From a virus (taxonomy: Duplodnaviria > Heunggongvirae > Uroviricota > Caudoviricetes), in IMG/VR virus record IMGVR_UViG_3300028048_000122: 64,000 bases of DNA; one strand, written 5' to 3'. Position numbers and translations under genes: made by a program. The notes under the pieces are model-generated. The model worked only from the letters and a program-made list of their open reading frames with translations. It searched no databases and was not told the origin of the DNA. How positions within the stretch are numbered: the stretch's first letter is position 1; each line of letters begins with the position of its first letter. Positions 25,965 to 36,471 of the stretch are shown piece after piece.

Positions 25965-27248
25965 ATGGAAAAGAGCAAGCTTGACGTCGTATGTTCGTTT
26001 TGCGGCAAGAAAATCCCTAGCGACGTCATGGTAGCCCAGGGCATAGATGAAGATACGTTCATCTGCCAGCATTGCTTAATAGCCTTGGAAGAAACATTTC
26101 GGGCGGCAGACACCTTGATCGAAAACGAAGAGGAAGAGCATAAGAAAGATGATAAGAAGCATAAGAGACTTCCCAGGCCGTCGGAAATCAAAGCTCATCT
26201 TGACCAGTACATTATCGGTCAGGAATATGCCAAGAAGGTATTGTCCGTAGCGGTGTATAATCACTACAAGATGCTCGGCGTGAAATTCGGTAATAAGGCC
26301 GTCAATAAGGACGTAGAACTGGAAAAATCGAATGTTTTGCTTGCTGGTCCGAGCGGCTCGGGAAAGACGGCTATCTTAAAAGCTTTGGCTAAATTCCTGA
26401 AAGTCCCCTTCGTGATAGCCGATTCCACGGAATACACAAGCGCGGGATACGTAGGGAAGGATGTTGAATGCATTGCCCGCGATATGATCAGCGCTGCCAA
26501 CGGTGACATCAAGAAGGCTGAACGCGGTATCGTCTATATCGACGAAATCGATAAGACTTCCCGTAAGGGCGAAAACTTATCGACGACATCCGATCCCGGC
26601 CACGAAGGAACTCAGCAGGCGCTCTTAAAGCTTCTGGAAGGTACTATGCTCGACGTACCGATGGATGGCCGCCGATTAAATCCCGAAAGCCGTAATGTTC
26701 AGAAAATCAGCACGGAAAATATGCTGTTTATCGTAGGCGGTGCGTTTGAGGGAATCGAAAAGATTATCGCTAAACGCAAGCGTCAGGGCCAAAACACCAT
26801 GGGCATCGGCGCTAAACTGGTAGACCGTAAAAACGATAAGTATAATGACTTTATCGAAGACCTGGCTACCGAAGACCTTAAGAAGTTCGGCATGTTGCCT
26901 GAACTCTTAGGGCGCGTCCCCGTCATCGCTCCTCTTAAGGAATTGACGGAAGACCAGTTAGTACAGATTTTACATGAGCCAAAGAATGCTTTGGTTAAGC
27001 AGTATCAGGAACTGTTTATTCAGGACGGCATTCAGCTCGAAGTCACGGAAAACGCTATGAAGGCTATTGCTCGTAAAGCAATTAAGAGAAAAACTGGCGC
27101 CCGTGGACTTCGCGGCATCATGGAAAATATCCTGAACCCCGTCATGTTCTCCGCTCCTGACAAGGATATCGATTATGTCCTCGTTGACGCGGAAGATGAC
27201 GAAATCAAAATCAAAGGTAAAAAGAGAAAAGTTAAGGAGGCCGTTTAA
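25965..27248 (+). CDS. clpX: ATP-dependent Clp protease ATPase subunit ClpX
   Basis: N-terminal C4 zinc finger (CSFCGKK...CQHC), Walker A GPSGSGKT, sensor/arginine finger region, ClpP-binding loop. Confidence 0.85.
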   Translation: MEKSKLDVVCSFCGKKIPSDVMVAQGIDEDTFICQHCLIALEETFRAADTLIENEEEEHKKDDKKHKRLPRPSEIKAHLDQYIIGQEYAKKVLSVAVYNHYKMLGVKFGNKAVNKDVELEKSNVLLAGPSGSGKTAILKALAKFLKVPFVIADSTEYTSAGYVGKDVECIARDMISAANGDIKKAERGIVYIDEIDKTSRKGENLSTTSDPGHEGTQQALLKLLEGTMLDVPMDGRRLNPESRNVQKISTENMLFIVGGAFEGIEKIIAKRKRQGQNTMGIGAKLVDRKNDKYNDFIEDLATEDLKKFGMLPELLGRVPVIAPLKELTEDQLVQILHEPKNALVKQYQELFIQDGIQLEVTENAMKAIARKAIKRKTGARGLRGIMENILNPVMFSAPDKDIDYVLVDAEDDEIKIKGKKRKVKEAV

Positions 27249-27251
27249 ATT

Positions 27252-27809
27252 ATGGCAACAGTAAAAGACACATTCAATGCAGTTATTTCCGAGGCAGTAA
27301 AAAATGCTGATCTTATCAGCGACAATTACCAGAAGGCTCGCGCCCTGGCCGCCATCGCTCATGCTTTGGCTGCTACCGGTCTGGTGAGCGATGTTACCGC
27401 CGAAGCTCCTGCTAAGGCAGAAAAGGAAGAAAAGAAGGAAACCAAGGCTAAGAAGACGGCTGATAAGATGAAGCGTCAGCCGAAGGAACTGCCGCCCGAG
27501 GAAGAAGTAAAAGAAGAGCCGAAAGCTGAAGAATCCAAAAGCGAAGAGAAACCGGCTAAGAAAGAAGAAGCTCCTAAAGGTGACTTCACCGAGGAATGGA
27601 CTGATGAAGCTACTGAAGCTTTCGCCGAGGAACTTCAGTATATCATGGATTTCACTGAAAAGTGGGGCGAAGAAGCGGCAAATACTTGCCTGGCAGACTT
27701 CTCCGAAGGTGTCCTGACCGATATCAGCTCCGACGTAAATCCGCTCAATATCGCCGGCGTGGTAGCAGCGTTTCGCAAGCTTGAAGCTGACGCAGAATCT
27801 GTCGCTTAA
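27252..27809 (+). CDS. hypothetical K/E-rich protein
   Basis: ORF immediately after clpX. Confidence 0.5.
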   Translation: MATVKDTFNAVISEAVKNADLISDNYQKARALAAIAHALAATGLVSDVTAEAPAKAEKEEKKETKAKKTADKMKRQPKELPPEEEVKEEPKAEESKSEEKPAKKEEAPKGDFTEEWTDEATEAFAEELQYIMDFTEKWGEEAANTCLADFSEGVLTDISSDVNPLNIAGVVAAFRKLEADAESVA

Positions 27810-27903
27810 TAGCGATCCCTATAAAGAAGTATTAAGAGAGTTAAAAACGGGCAAGTATCGAGGAATCGCCTTGCCGTTCTAATCAAGAAAGGAAGTATAC
27901 ATA

Positions 27904-28362
27904 ATGAACGTACGCAACATTGTAAATCTGATTGGTTACTATCCGGATCCGGAAAAGATGGGCAAATCCATCATGTACAAGGAAGGCGAAGGCGAAAAGA
28001 AATCCTTCTATCGCGGCAAGCTTAGCGTAAAGCGCGCCTTCAAGACCAAGGACGGCGAAAACAAGTATGATTTCATTCCGTTCACGGCCTTCGGTCACAA
28101 CGCTGATTACATCAATCAGTACGTAAAGGCTCATGACATCATCGCTATCCAGGGCGAAATCCAGATCAGCGAAAATTATGAGGATAAGAACGGTAACACC
28201 GTATATGGCCAGCCGTTCGTACTGGTTGATAACGTATCTATCATCAGCTCCAATGGCGGCGCGCAGGAAGGCGGCAACTCCGGCAGTAAGACAGCTCCCA
28301 AGAGCAGTACTCCAGCCGCGAAGAGTAACCCGCTGGCTAAGCTTCGCAACCGCGCAAAATAA
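27904..28362 (+). CDS. ssb: single-stranded DNA-binding protein (OB fold)
   Basis: OB-fold pattern (FIPFTAFGHNADYINQYVKAHDIIAIQGEIQISENYEDKNGNTVYGQPFVLVD), G/S/A-rich tail. Confidence 0.6.
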   Translation: MNVRNIVNLIGYYPDPEKMGKSIMYKEGEGEKKSFYRGKLSVKRAFKTKDGENKYDFIPFTAFGHNADYINQYVKAHDIIAIQGEIQISENYEDKNGNTVYGQPFVLVDNVSIISSNGGAQEGGNSGSKTAPKSSTPAAKSNPLAKLRNRAK

Positions 28363-28399
28363 TCAGGCTTTAACGGCTTAAAAGGGAGGAGGTGTTTTC

Positions 28400-28774
28400 T
28401 TGACTGAAGAAGAATTGGCAAGGCTTCAGGATCAGATGTATCAGGAAGCAATCAACGCGCCGGAAGAACAGGAACGCGAACTTATCGACATCGCTGAACA
28501 GGTAGGCAGCAAACTGTATTTCCATCCAGACCGTAAGACCGATTTTGAATTCTTGGGTCATCAGTATATCGTTCGCTGTGAAACGGTACTGCTGGCTTTT
28601 AAGAAGATTATTCTTATGGTTATGGATGACAGGACAGAAATGCGCCGTATCAAGGCCCAGGTTGAAGTCGACAATGGTTTGTCCGAGCTCGAAAATTATC
28701 GGGCAACCATTGCCGCTATGCTCAGGCATCATATCGGTGGCGTAGAAATCGGCGAAATCGAAGAAGGAGAATAA
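28400..28774 (+). CDS. hypothetical protein
   Basis: TTG start after AAAGGGAGGAGG. Confidence 0.45.
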   Translation: MTEEELARLQDQMYQEAINAPEEQERELIDIAEQVGSKLYFHPDRKTDFEFLGHQYIVRCETVLLAFKKIILMVMDDRTEMRRIKAQVEVDNGLSELENYRATIAAMLRHHIGGVEIGEIEEGE

Positions 28775-28775
28775 C

Positions 28776-30740
28776 ATGTCAGAACAGGCTAGTATTAGCG
28801 TCCTGGACTATCCCGAAAATGTACGCCTCCGACGAGGCATGTATTTGAAGGATCCGGACCACACCGTGTTTGAAATCGTGGATAACGCCGTGGATGAATA
28901 CGCGGCAGGCCACGGTGACACCATCGCGGTAGGCATTATCGGCGACGAAGTTATCGTAGAAGATAACGGTAACGGTATTCCGATTACGCCGCATAAAGAT
29001 CCTCGTTATAAAAATAAGTCTCAGGCTGAAGTGGCATATACCGTATTACACGCTGGCGGAAAATACTCCGTAGACGGCAGTTATAAAACGAATACGGCAG
29101 GCCTAAACGGGGTCGGCGCTTCTTGTGTAAACGCGGTAGCGTCTAAAACAAATCTGATTATCCGCACGGGCGGCAAAGAATATCAGATTGACTTCGTGCG
29201 CGGCAAGACCGTTAAGCCGCTTTACGAAACAGGAAATAAGATTGAATCAGGTAAAACTGGCACAGAAGTTCACTACGTGCTGGATAAAGAAGTCTGGGGT
29301 GAAGAATGGTTTGATTTTGTCCATATTAAAAATCGTCTTAAAGAGCTTGCTTATCTCAATCCAGGGCTCACTATTCCGTTTTATGTTGAATCTCATGACG
29401 CAGAAGGCAAAGAAGTACGTATCGAAGAAACTTATTGTTTTCCCGATGGCGTAAGAGAATTCATCGCGGATACGGCCAAGAATAAAGAACTCTTGGCAGA
29501 CCCCTTGGTTACCAGCTCTAAGGTGAAATACACCGTTAAGGTGCATCCGTCCAAGGTAGTTGCCGGCAAAGTAGTTACGGATTATTCCAAGAACGTGGAA
29601 GAAAACCGTTCCATGGATATTGACGTAGCTATCGCCTATACTGACGCTTTCAGTTCCAACGTTATCTCCTTCGTGAATAACGTTAAGACGGAATATGGTG
29701 GTGACCATGAAACGGGCTTTAAGATGGGTATTTTCGCGGCCGCAAAACAGTACCTCCTCGACAAGAAATTCATTAAGAACGATAAAGAGGTGGAATCAGA
29801 TGATTGCCGCGAAGGTATGATTGCCATCGTATCGGTCAAATTGCGTGATCCGAACTTCGAAGGCCAGGGTAAGGGCAAAATCCGAATGGCCATCGTACGC
29901 TCCAGCGTTAAGCAGGCGGTCGAAAAAGCTTTCGCCCAATTCTTAAACGAAGATGACAATCGGGCTAACGCTATCATGGAAAAAATCATGAGAGCTGTTA
30001 AGGCCCGAGAAGCGGCGCGCAAGGCAAGAAATATCGCCCGCGGTATTAAGAGCATCGAGAAGGCTCAAGTAGTAGACGATCTGGCTGACTGTACCTGTAA
30101 AGACCCGGAAAAGAGCGAAATCTTTCTGGTTGAAGGCGATTCAGCAGGCGGCTCAGCTAAACAAGGACGTGACCGTAACTTCCAGGCAATATTGCCGGTA
30201 TTCGGTAAAATTCTTAACGCCGAGAAAGCCAATATTGAGCAGGTTCTTAAGAGCGTTAAAATTAAGGATTTGGTCAAAGCTTTGCGTTGCGGTATCGGAG
30301 AAGCTTTCGATATGGACAAACTTCGCTATCATCGTATCATCTTGATGGCAGATAGCGATTCGGATGGCGGACATATACAGTGTTTGCATATGGTAAACCT
30401 GTTCCGTTATATGCGCCCATTAGTCGAAGAAGGGTACTTGTACGCAGCATGCCCTCCGCTTTACAAGGTAAGCAGAAAAAAGGGCAAGAAAGAAGAAGTG
30501 ACTTATCTCTATACCAAGGAAGAGTTAAATGCGTTCGATACGGACGGATGTGTCGTACAGCGCTACAAAGGCCTTGGGGAGATGATGCCTGAACAGTTAT
30601 GGGAAACTACTATGAATCCCGAAACCCGTAGGCTTATTCAGATTACCGTAGATGATCTGGAAGCGGCAGAAGAAGCTATCGCGCTCTGCATGGGCAAGGA
30701 CGTCGAATCGCGCAGGGAGTTCCTTCTGCAGACAGCGTAA
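28776..30740 (+). CDS. gyrB: type IIA topoisomerase ATPase subunit (GyrB/ParE-like)
   Basis: GHKL ATPase motifs, Toprim EGDSAGGSAKQGRDR and DSDGGHI. Confidence 0.85.
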   Translation: MSEQASISVLDYPENVRLRRGMYLKDPDHTVFEIVDNAVDEYAAGHGDTIAVGIIGDEVIVEDNGNGIPITPHKDPRYKNKSQAEVAYTVLHAGGKYSVDGSYKTNTAGLNGVGASCVNAVASKTNLIIRTGGKEYQIDFVRGKTVKPLYETGNKIESGKTGTEVHYVLDKEVWGEEWFDFVHIKNRLKELAYLNPGLTIPFYVESHDAEGKEVRIEETYCFPDGVREFIADTAKNKELLADPLVTSSKVKYTVKVHPSKVVAGKVVTDYSKNVEENRSMDIDVAIAYTDAFSSNVISFVNNVKTEYGGDHETGFKMGIFAAAKQYLLDKKFIKNDKEVESDDCREGMIAIVSVKLRDPNFEGQGKGKIRMAIVRSSVKQAVEKAFAQFLNEDDNRANAIMEKIMRAVKAREAARKARNIARGIKSIEKAQVVDDLADCTCKDPEKSEIFLVEGDSAGGSAKQGRDRNFQAILPVFGKILNAEKANIEQVLKSVKIKDLVKALRCGIGEAFDMDKLRYHRIILMADSDSDGGHIQCLHMVNLFRYMRPLVEEGYLYAACPPLYKVSRKKGKKEEVTYLYTKEELNAFDTDGCVVQRYKGLGEMMPEQLWETTMNPETRRLIQITVDDLEAAEEAIALCMGKDVESRREFLLQTA

Positions 30741-30849
30741 CATAAACTTTGCGCTGATAAAAAAGCCCAAAATAATATTATTACCCTATTATGAGCCGTT
30801 TTTACAATTTTTCGCGGAAAAAATTTGGAAAAATACGGAGAGATAACTT

Positions 30850-31551
30850 TTGAATCAGCTTAACGAAGTAAATATCGCTGGCGTTATTGATGCGATAGAA
30901 GAAACTTACGCTCATTACAATCAGAGAACAGGCAAGAACGAGAAATATTTTACGATTACCGTTATGGTCCCCCGCTTAAGCGAGAATTTCGATTGTGTGC
31001 CAGTTATGGCCCCAGAGAAACTCCTGAAGCAGATTAATGCTAAAGTGGGCGACAAGATAGCAGTACTGGGCACGATGAGAACGCGCAATTATGGAGAGAA
31101 AATCCATCATGTCAGCGTTTACACGTATGCCCATGATTTATTTCCTCTTAGTGATGAGGAGTACGATGATATCCAGAATAAGAATATCGTACGGATGGAA
31201 GGCGTCGTATGCAGAGAGCCTAATCATCGTACGGTTAATTCCGGGCGCATTATCACCGACCTCCTCATCGCGAATAACCGCCAGTGCTATTGTAAGTTCA
31301 GTAAAAACGGCCACGGCAAAAAAATCCGTAAGAGTTCCTATTTTCCTTGCATCGCATGGAACGCTACGGCTAAAGCCGCTAATCATTTATTGGTCGGCCA
31401 GGAAATCAGCATAGTAGGTCGTTTCCAGTCCAGAACATTCCGTCGTAATAACGATGTACTGGATGAACATACGACCTACGAGATTTCCATGCTGGACTAT
31501 GAACTAGTTGAGAAAAACGATACTATAGAGAACAACGAAAGCAAGAGGTGA
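30850..31551 (+). CDS. hypothetical protein (233 aa)
   Basis: TTG start after GGAGAG. Confidence 0.45.
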   Translation: MNQLNEVNIAGVIDAIEETYAHYNQRTGKNEKYFTITVMVPRLSENFDCVPVMAPEKLLKQINAKVGDKIAVLGTMRTRNYGEKIHHVSVYTYAHDLFPLSDEEYDDIQNKNIVRMEGVVCREPNHRTVNSGRIITDLLIANNRQCYCKFSKNGHGKKIRKSSYFPCIAWNATAKAANHLLVGQEISIVGRFQSRTFRRNNDVLDEHTTYEISMLDYELVEKNDTIENNESKR

Positions 31552-31557
31552 TTTGAG

Positions 31558-34053
31558 TTGGCAGAGATGCCCGTAGAAGAATCCGCACAGGATTCAATAG
31601 GTAAGGTTGTGCAAGTCCCCTTTGCTGACCATATGGTAGATAAATTTACGACTTATGCGATGGACGTAATTAAGGAGCGAGCGCTTCCCGATATTCGCGA
31701 CGGCTTGAAGCCCGTACATCGTCATATCCTGTATGCTATGAAGCTGTTAGGATTGCATTATAACAGCCCCTATAAGAAATGTGCTCGCACGGTGGGCGAA
31801 TGTCTCGGTGTGCTGCACCCGCACGGAGACCAAAGCGTTTATGATGCGATGATCGTGGCATCACAGGATTGGAAAATGCGTTACCCTCTGGTGGATGTGC
31901 ATGGCAATAACGGCAGCATAGATAACGACCCTGCCGCCGCTATGAGATATACCGAAGGACGTTTAAGTCCTATCGGTGAACTCATGATGGCTGATCTGGA
32001 TAAGAATACCGTTCAGTTCGTTCCTAATTACGATGAATCTGAGCAGGAACCGTCCGTCATGAGCGGTTTGTTCCCGAATCTTTTATGCAACCCGGTGGCG
32101 GGAATAGCGGTCGGGATGGCATGCTCCTTCGTGCCGCATAGTGCTAAAGCCGTTTACGAAGCTTTGGATAAAACCATTGAATATGCTTTGAACGGCGAAG
32201 ACATTACGGAAGACGAGATAATTAATACAATTTTGGCGCCGGATTTCCCTACGGGCGGCGTCATCATTAACCTTCCCGAGGTTCATAAGGCTTACCGCGA
32301 AGGTCAGGGGCGTTGCATCGTGCGCGCCGTATATCATATTGAGCCTTACGGCAAACGTAAAGACCGCGAAGCTATCGTAGTAACGGAGATTCCTTACGGC
32401 GTAAATAAGGCTAAGCTGGTATCCTCCATCGGCCATCTAGCTTCTGAAGATGAAGACTTTACCCAGATTCATGAAGCTCGTGACGAATCCGACCGTAACG
32501 GTATGCGTATCGTTATCGAACTGGAGAAGAACGCGCCGGCCAATATCATTATCAATAGGCTGTTAAAACGCACTGAGCTTCAAAAATCTATTCCGATTAA
32601 CCATACGGTGCTTATCGACGGAAAGCCTTATCCTAAGGCACCACTTAAACTTTTGGTAGATAAGTTCCTGGAACATGTTACCGAAGTCCTGCAGAATAAG
32701 GCGCAGTATGAACGCGACCGACTGGAAAAACGCTTGCATATTATCATGGCTTGCTTAAAAGCTTTGGAAGATGTAGACGCTACGTTCGAGCTTATGAAAG
32801 CTAAGAACCGTAAAGCTGCCTGCGATAATCTTAAAGAAGCTTATGATTTCGATGACGAACAGGCGCAGGCCGTATCCGCCATGCATCTTTATTCCTTCTC
32901 CGAAGAGGACCAGGAGAAATTATGCGGCGAATATGAATCTCTTGACAACGAGTTCAAAAGGTACGATAATATTTTAAGAGACGAAATGGAGCTCTTAAAA
33001 TATGTACGTGAAGAACTGGCCAAGATTGCCGAACGCTTTAAGAATGAAAAGCGCTTGACTTCTATCTCCACCGAGACAGATGACCGTGATACCATCCCGG
33101 ATATCGACGTGGTAATGGCTTACACGCATAACGGTTATATCAAGAGCGTCAAGCTCGACGAATATAACTCTCAGAAACGTAATGGTACGGGTACTTCCTT
33201 TAAGACCAAGGAAGATGACTTCGTGGAATCCATTAAGACGTTATCCACGCAGGATGACCTGGTATTTATCGGCGCATCCGGCAAAGCATATGTATTGCCC
33301 GCCTACAAGGTGCCGACGGTATCCAAGAGCTCTATAGGCAAACCGCTCAATAACTATATCCCGCTGGATAATGACGAGCGTATCATCAAGTTCTTCGTCG
33401 TAACCAAGGAAGATAAGGAAGATGAAAATCTTTCCCTGCTTCTCGCTACCAAGAAAGGTATCGGAAAGCGTATGCTGCTATCCGATTTGCCGCAGACGCG
33501 TAACGGCGCCAAGATTATGAATCTCAGAACCGAAGATGATATGCTGGTATCTGCCGTCTTAGTAAATAACGACGCGGAAATGCTGACCATTTCTCTTAAA
33601 GGACAAGGACTCAAGTTCCCCGTAGATAAGGTGTCTATTATGGGACGAGCCGCGGCCGGCGTACGTATTATGGGCCTTGAAGACGGCGATGAACTGGTAT
33701 CTGCTTTTACGGTTACCGAAGAAGATCAAATTCTTCAGGTTATGGCAAGCGGCGCGGCGAAACGTATGAAATCCTCCGATATCCCCGCCAAGCTCAATCG
33801 CGGCGGCAAAGGCGTAAAAGTTCTTACCGCTATTAACCGAGTGGGTGGAGTAGTAACGGCAGGAGTAGTCAAGGAAACCGACGACTGTATCATCGTCACT
33901 AAGAACGGCATGGTTATCCGCACGCCGGCTAAAGGCATCAGCCTTCAGTCCCGTATAAGCAATGGCGTAAAAGCTATTAGTCTTAACGGAGAGGATACCA
34001 TCGCGTCAGTAACGGTAGTTGATACCAATGAGGATAATAAAACCGATGAGTGA
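31558..34053 (+). CDS. gyrA: type IIA topoisomerase DNA breakage-reunion subunit (GyrA/ParC-like)
   Basis: HPHGD, catalytic Tyr region, C-terminal beta-pinwheel repeats; TTG start after AAGAGGTGA. Confidence 0.85.
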   Translation: MAEMPVEESAQDSIGKVVQVPFADHMVDKFTTYAMDVIKERALPDIRDGLKPVHRHILYAMKLLGLHYNSPYKKCARTVGECLGVLHPHGDQSVYDAMIVASQDWKMRYPLVDVHGNNGSIDNDPAAAMRYTEGRLSPIGELMMADLDKNTVQFVPNYDESEQEPSVMSGLFPNLLCNPVAGIAVGMACSFVPHSAKAVYEALDKTIEYALNGEDITEDEIINTILAPDFPTGGVIINLPEVHKAYREGQGRCIVRAVYHIEPYGKRKDREAIVVTEIPYGVNKAKLVSSIGHLASEDEDFTQIHEARDESDRNGMRIVIELEKNAPANIIINRLLKRTELQKSIPINHTVLIDGKPYPKAPLKLLVDKFLEHVTEVLQNKAQYERDRLEKRLHIIMACLKALEDVDATFELMKAKNRKAACDNLKEAYDFDDEQAQAVSAMHLYSFSEEDQEKLCGEYESLDNEFKRYDNILRDEMELLKYVREELAKIAERFKNEKRLTSISTETDDRDTIPDIDVVMAYTHNGYIKSVKLDEYNSQKRNGTGTSFKTKEDDFVESIKTLSTQDDLVFIGASGKAYVLPAYKVPTVSKSSIGKPLNNYIPLDNDERIIKFFVVTKEDKEDENLSLLLATKKGIGKRMLLSDLPQTRNGAKIMNLRTEDDMLVSAVLVNNDAEMLTISLKGQGLKFPVDKVSIMGRAAAGVRIMGLEDGDELVSAFTVTEEDQILQVMASGAAKRMKSSDIPAKLNRGGKGVKVLTAINRVGGVVTAGVVKETDDCIIVTKNGMVIRTPAKGISLQSRISNGVKAISLNGEDTIASVTVVDTNEDNKTDE

Positions 34054-34405
34054 AACCAGGAATGAAGCTATTCGTAACGGCTTATTGCAGTACGTAGGGG
34101 CTTTGATGGCAGAAACTCATAGGGAAGGAGCTGAGGCGGCACATGTCGCCTTGGCACAACTCTCCGAAGTTTGGCTTGAAGCTTCCAAGACCAAGGATGA
34201 TAAGCATTACGATACCTACAAGGCGAAGCCTATCTTAAGAGCTGCAGTCCTGGTGCTGAATGATTATGTCAGTCAACTCCAAGAGCAATTCAAAGATGGC
34301 GAAATACCTCAAATGGTCAGCACAAAAGCGGCTGAATATTGCATGGCCGCCGAATCAATTAACGAAATCATTGAAGCAACGAAGGAGAGTATGGATGACA
34401 ATTGA
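34046..34405 (+). CDS. hypothetical protein
   Basis: ATG overlapping gyrA stop (ATGAGTGA). Confidence 0.45.
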   Translation: MSETRNEAIRNGLLQYVGALMAETHREGAEAAHVALAQLSEVWLEASKTKDDKHYDTYKAKPILRAAVLVLNDYVSQLQEQFKDGEIPQMVSTKAAEYCMAAESINEIIEATKESMDDN

Positions 34406-34577
34406 CGCCCAAAAGAAAGTGGAATTCTCACTCGAGATGACACAACAAGAGTTTGCTAACTTTGTTCATGCATGCGACCAACTTATCTCGTTAACGTTAA
34501 CGGATAAAGATGGCCTGAATGCGGTATCCGTAGTTCAGGGGGTCAAAAACTCCATGTTGCTCGCATTAAATGATTAA
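34395..34577 (+). CDS. hypothetical small protein
   Basis: GAAGGAGAG RBS. Confidence 0.4.
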   Translation: MTIDAQKKVEFSLEMTQQEFANFVHACDQLISLTLTDKDGLNAVSVVQGVKNSMLLALND

Positions 34578-34596
34578 AAGAAAGGAGGCAGATAGA

Positions 34597-35799
34597 ATGG
34601 CTAGTATCGTTCCCGAAAAGAAAATGTCTCTTAAGGAAAAGTTGAAGGTACTCGATGCGGTTGCCGCCAAGACCAACAAACAATACGGCAAGACCATTAT
34701 GGGGCGCATCGGCAAGACTCCCGAAATTATGGATAAATTGATTATTAAGTTTGTCAAAACTCCGTCATCGCGATTAAATCGTGATTTAGGCGGCGGCATT
34801 CCTCGTGGACGCTGTACCATTATTACGGGTGATCCGGATAGCGGCAAGACGAGTCTCTTATTGGAGACTATCGCGGTCAATATGAAAGAAGACCCCGATT
34901 TCACTGCCGGCTGGTTAGAATCAGAACACTCTCTGGAAAAGAATTACATTTGTGAAACCTTCAAGATTGACCCCGATCGCTTTTTCTTTATCCCGTTGGA
35001 CCTTAAGGTCGGTACGGAAAAAACCCTGGACATTGTAGAAGGACTCATCTCTACCGGCGCGGTGGATATGTTCTGCATCAATTCCCTGCGTTGCCTGGTT
35101 CCCGATAAGGAACGTGAGAAAGATATGAGTTCCGAAACCGTAGCTTCTCAGGCACGTATGAATGCTAAGATGATGCGTAAATGGACGGGTACTATCGCTC
35201 AGTACGACACGGCTTTCTGCGTTGTGCAGCACATGACGACGGCCATAGGCGTGATGTACGGCGATCCGAAAGTTCTTGCTGGCGGTGAGGCTTATAGATA
35301 CTGGGCAGCGGTTATCTTGCGCCTTAGCAAGCACTCTGTTCAGGCCAGCGATCCTATCGAGAAAGATGAAGGTCTTAAGATTGGGTATATCATCAAGAAA
35401 AACCATTGCACGCCAGGCGCTAAACGTCAGTACTGCAAAGGTGAGTATTACGTCCGCTTCGGCGAAGGCACCGATGAAATCGCTCCGTCTATTGGCGTAG
35501 GGCTTGAAACCGGATTGCTGGAACGTCATGGCGCATGGCTCTGGTGGATGACGCCTGGAGAAGAAGAACCTCGCCAGAAGTTCAAATCCAAAGCCGAGTT
35601 CGTCGAAATCATGAAGAACGACGAAGAACTCTGGAAAGAGTTTTACGCTCTTGTCCAGGGCGAAGTGCCGCAGGAATCTCTTAGCGACGAAGAAATTGCC
35701 GAGATTGAAGAGGAAGAACGTAACCTGCAGGAAAAGGCTAATGAAACTGAAAAACTATTGGCCGAAGTTGAATCCGAAACCGTGGAGGAAACTGCATAA
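34597..35799 (+). CDS. RecA-family recombinase
   Basis: Walker A GDPDSGKTSLLL; LDxxLGGGxPxGR; loop VLAGGEAYRYWAAVILRL matches RecA L2/strand-exchange region; AAAGGAGG RBS. Confidence 0.7.
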   Translation: MASIVPEKKMSLKEKLKVLDAVAAKTNKQYGKTIMGRIGKTPEIMDKLIIKFVKTPSSRLNRDLGGGIPRGRCTIITGDPDSGKTSLLLETIAVNMKEDPDFTAGWLESEHSLEKNYICETFKIDPDRFFFIPLDLKVGTEKTLDIVEGLISTGAVDMFCINSLRCLVPDKEREKDMSSETVASQARMNAKMMRKWTGTIAQYDTAFCVVQHMTTAIGVMYGDPKVLAGGEAYRYWAAVILRLSKHSVQASDPIEKDEGLKIGYIIKKNHCTPGAKRQYCKGEYYVRFGEGTDEIAPSIGVGLETGLLERHGAWLWWMTPGEEEPRQKFKSKAEFVEIMKNDEELWKEFYALVQGEVPQESLSDEEIAEIEEEERNLQEKANETEKLLAEVESETVEETA

Positions 35800-36452
35800 T
35801 GGCATGTGAGTGGGGCCATACGGACTGCTCAAATGAGGGAATCCGATGTGATACATGCTTCTCGGATTCCCTTCACTACAAACAGGCAGCCGCAAAAAAG
35901 CGTTATGGATTAGCCAAGCATGCTCGCAAACAGGATAAACGTCAAGGTTCGGACTTCGAGGAAAAGACTCGACAGGTAGTGTCTAACGCCATGAGTGACA
36001 AAGCCGTAGTACGTTTAACGATAAACTCGGGAGCTACGGTACACGAGAAAGGCGACGTTCAAATCGAAGGCTTAGTGACGTGCATGATTGAGGACAAAAC
36101 TCAGACTGTCGTTCATAAAGCTAAGGGCGAAAAGACGTTTACTATTCAGCGCGGTTGGCTCACTAAGCTCTTAAAGGAATCTCGTGAAAAACTTAAAGAG
36201 TTTCATTGGCTACTGTTCTCGTTCTATCAGCATGATAACGATATTTATGCTATCACGGAAGCCACCGAGATACTATCCATGGTTAAAACCATGGAGAATG
36301 ATCGGCGCCAATGCAAGATAGAACAGAAAAAAGCTGAAGTAGCTACGCGCCGCAAAGAAATGGTTGAGGCCGAAAACATACGCTTACGGGCAGAAAATGA
36401 GCTGTTAAAAGCTCAGTTGGAGTTAAGAGAGCTCCAGAAACAAGAAAAATAG
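35799..36452 (+). CDS. putative PD-(D/E)xK nuclease / Holliday-junction resolvase-like protein
   Basis: SGATVHEKGDVQIEGLVTCMIEDKTQ fits a D...ExK nuclease core; location after recA; Cys-rich N-terminus; TAG stop. Confidence 0.35.
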   Translation: MACEWGHTDCSNEGIRCDTCFSDSLHYKQAAAKKRYGLAKHARKQDKRQGSDFEEKTRQVVSNAMSDKAVVRLTINSGATVHEKGDVQIEGLVTCMIEDKTQTVVHKAKGEKTFTIQRGWLTKLLKESREKLKEFHWLLFSFYQHDNDIYAITEATEILSMVKTMENDRRQCKIEQKKAEVATRRKEMVEAENIRLRAENELLKAQLELRELQKQEK

Positions 36453-36471
36453 GCGAAAGAGGGATCGCCAT

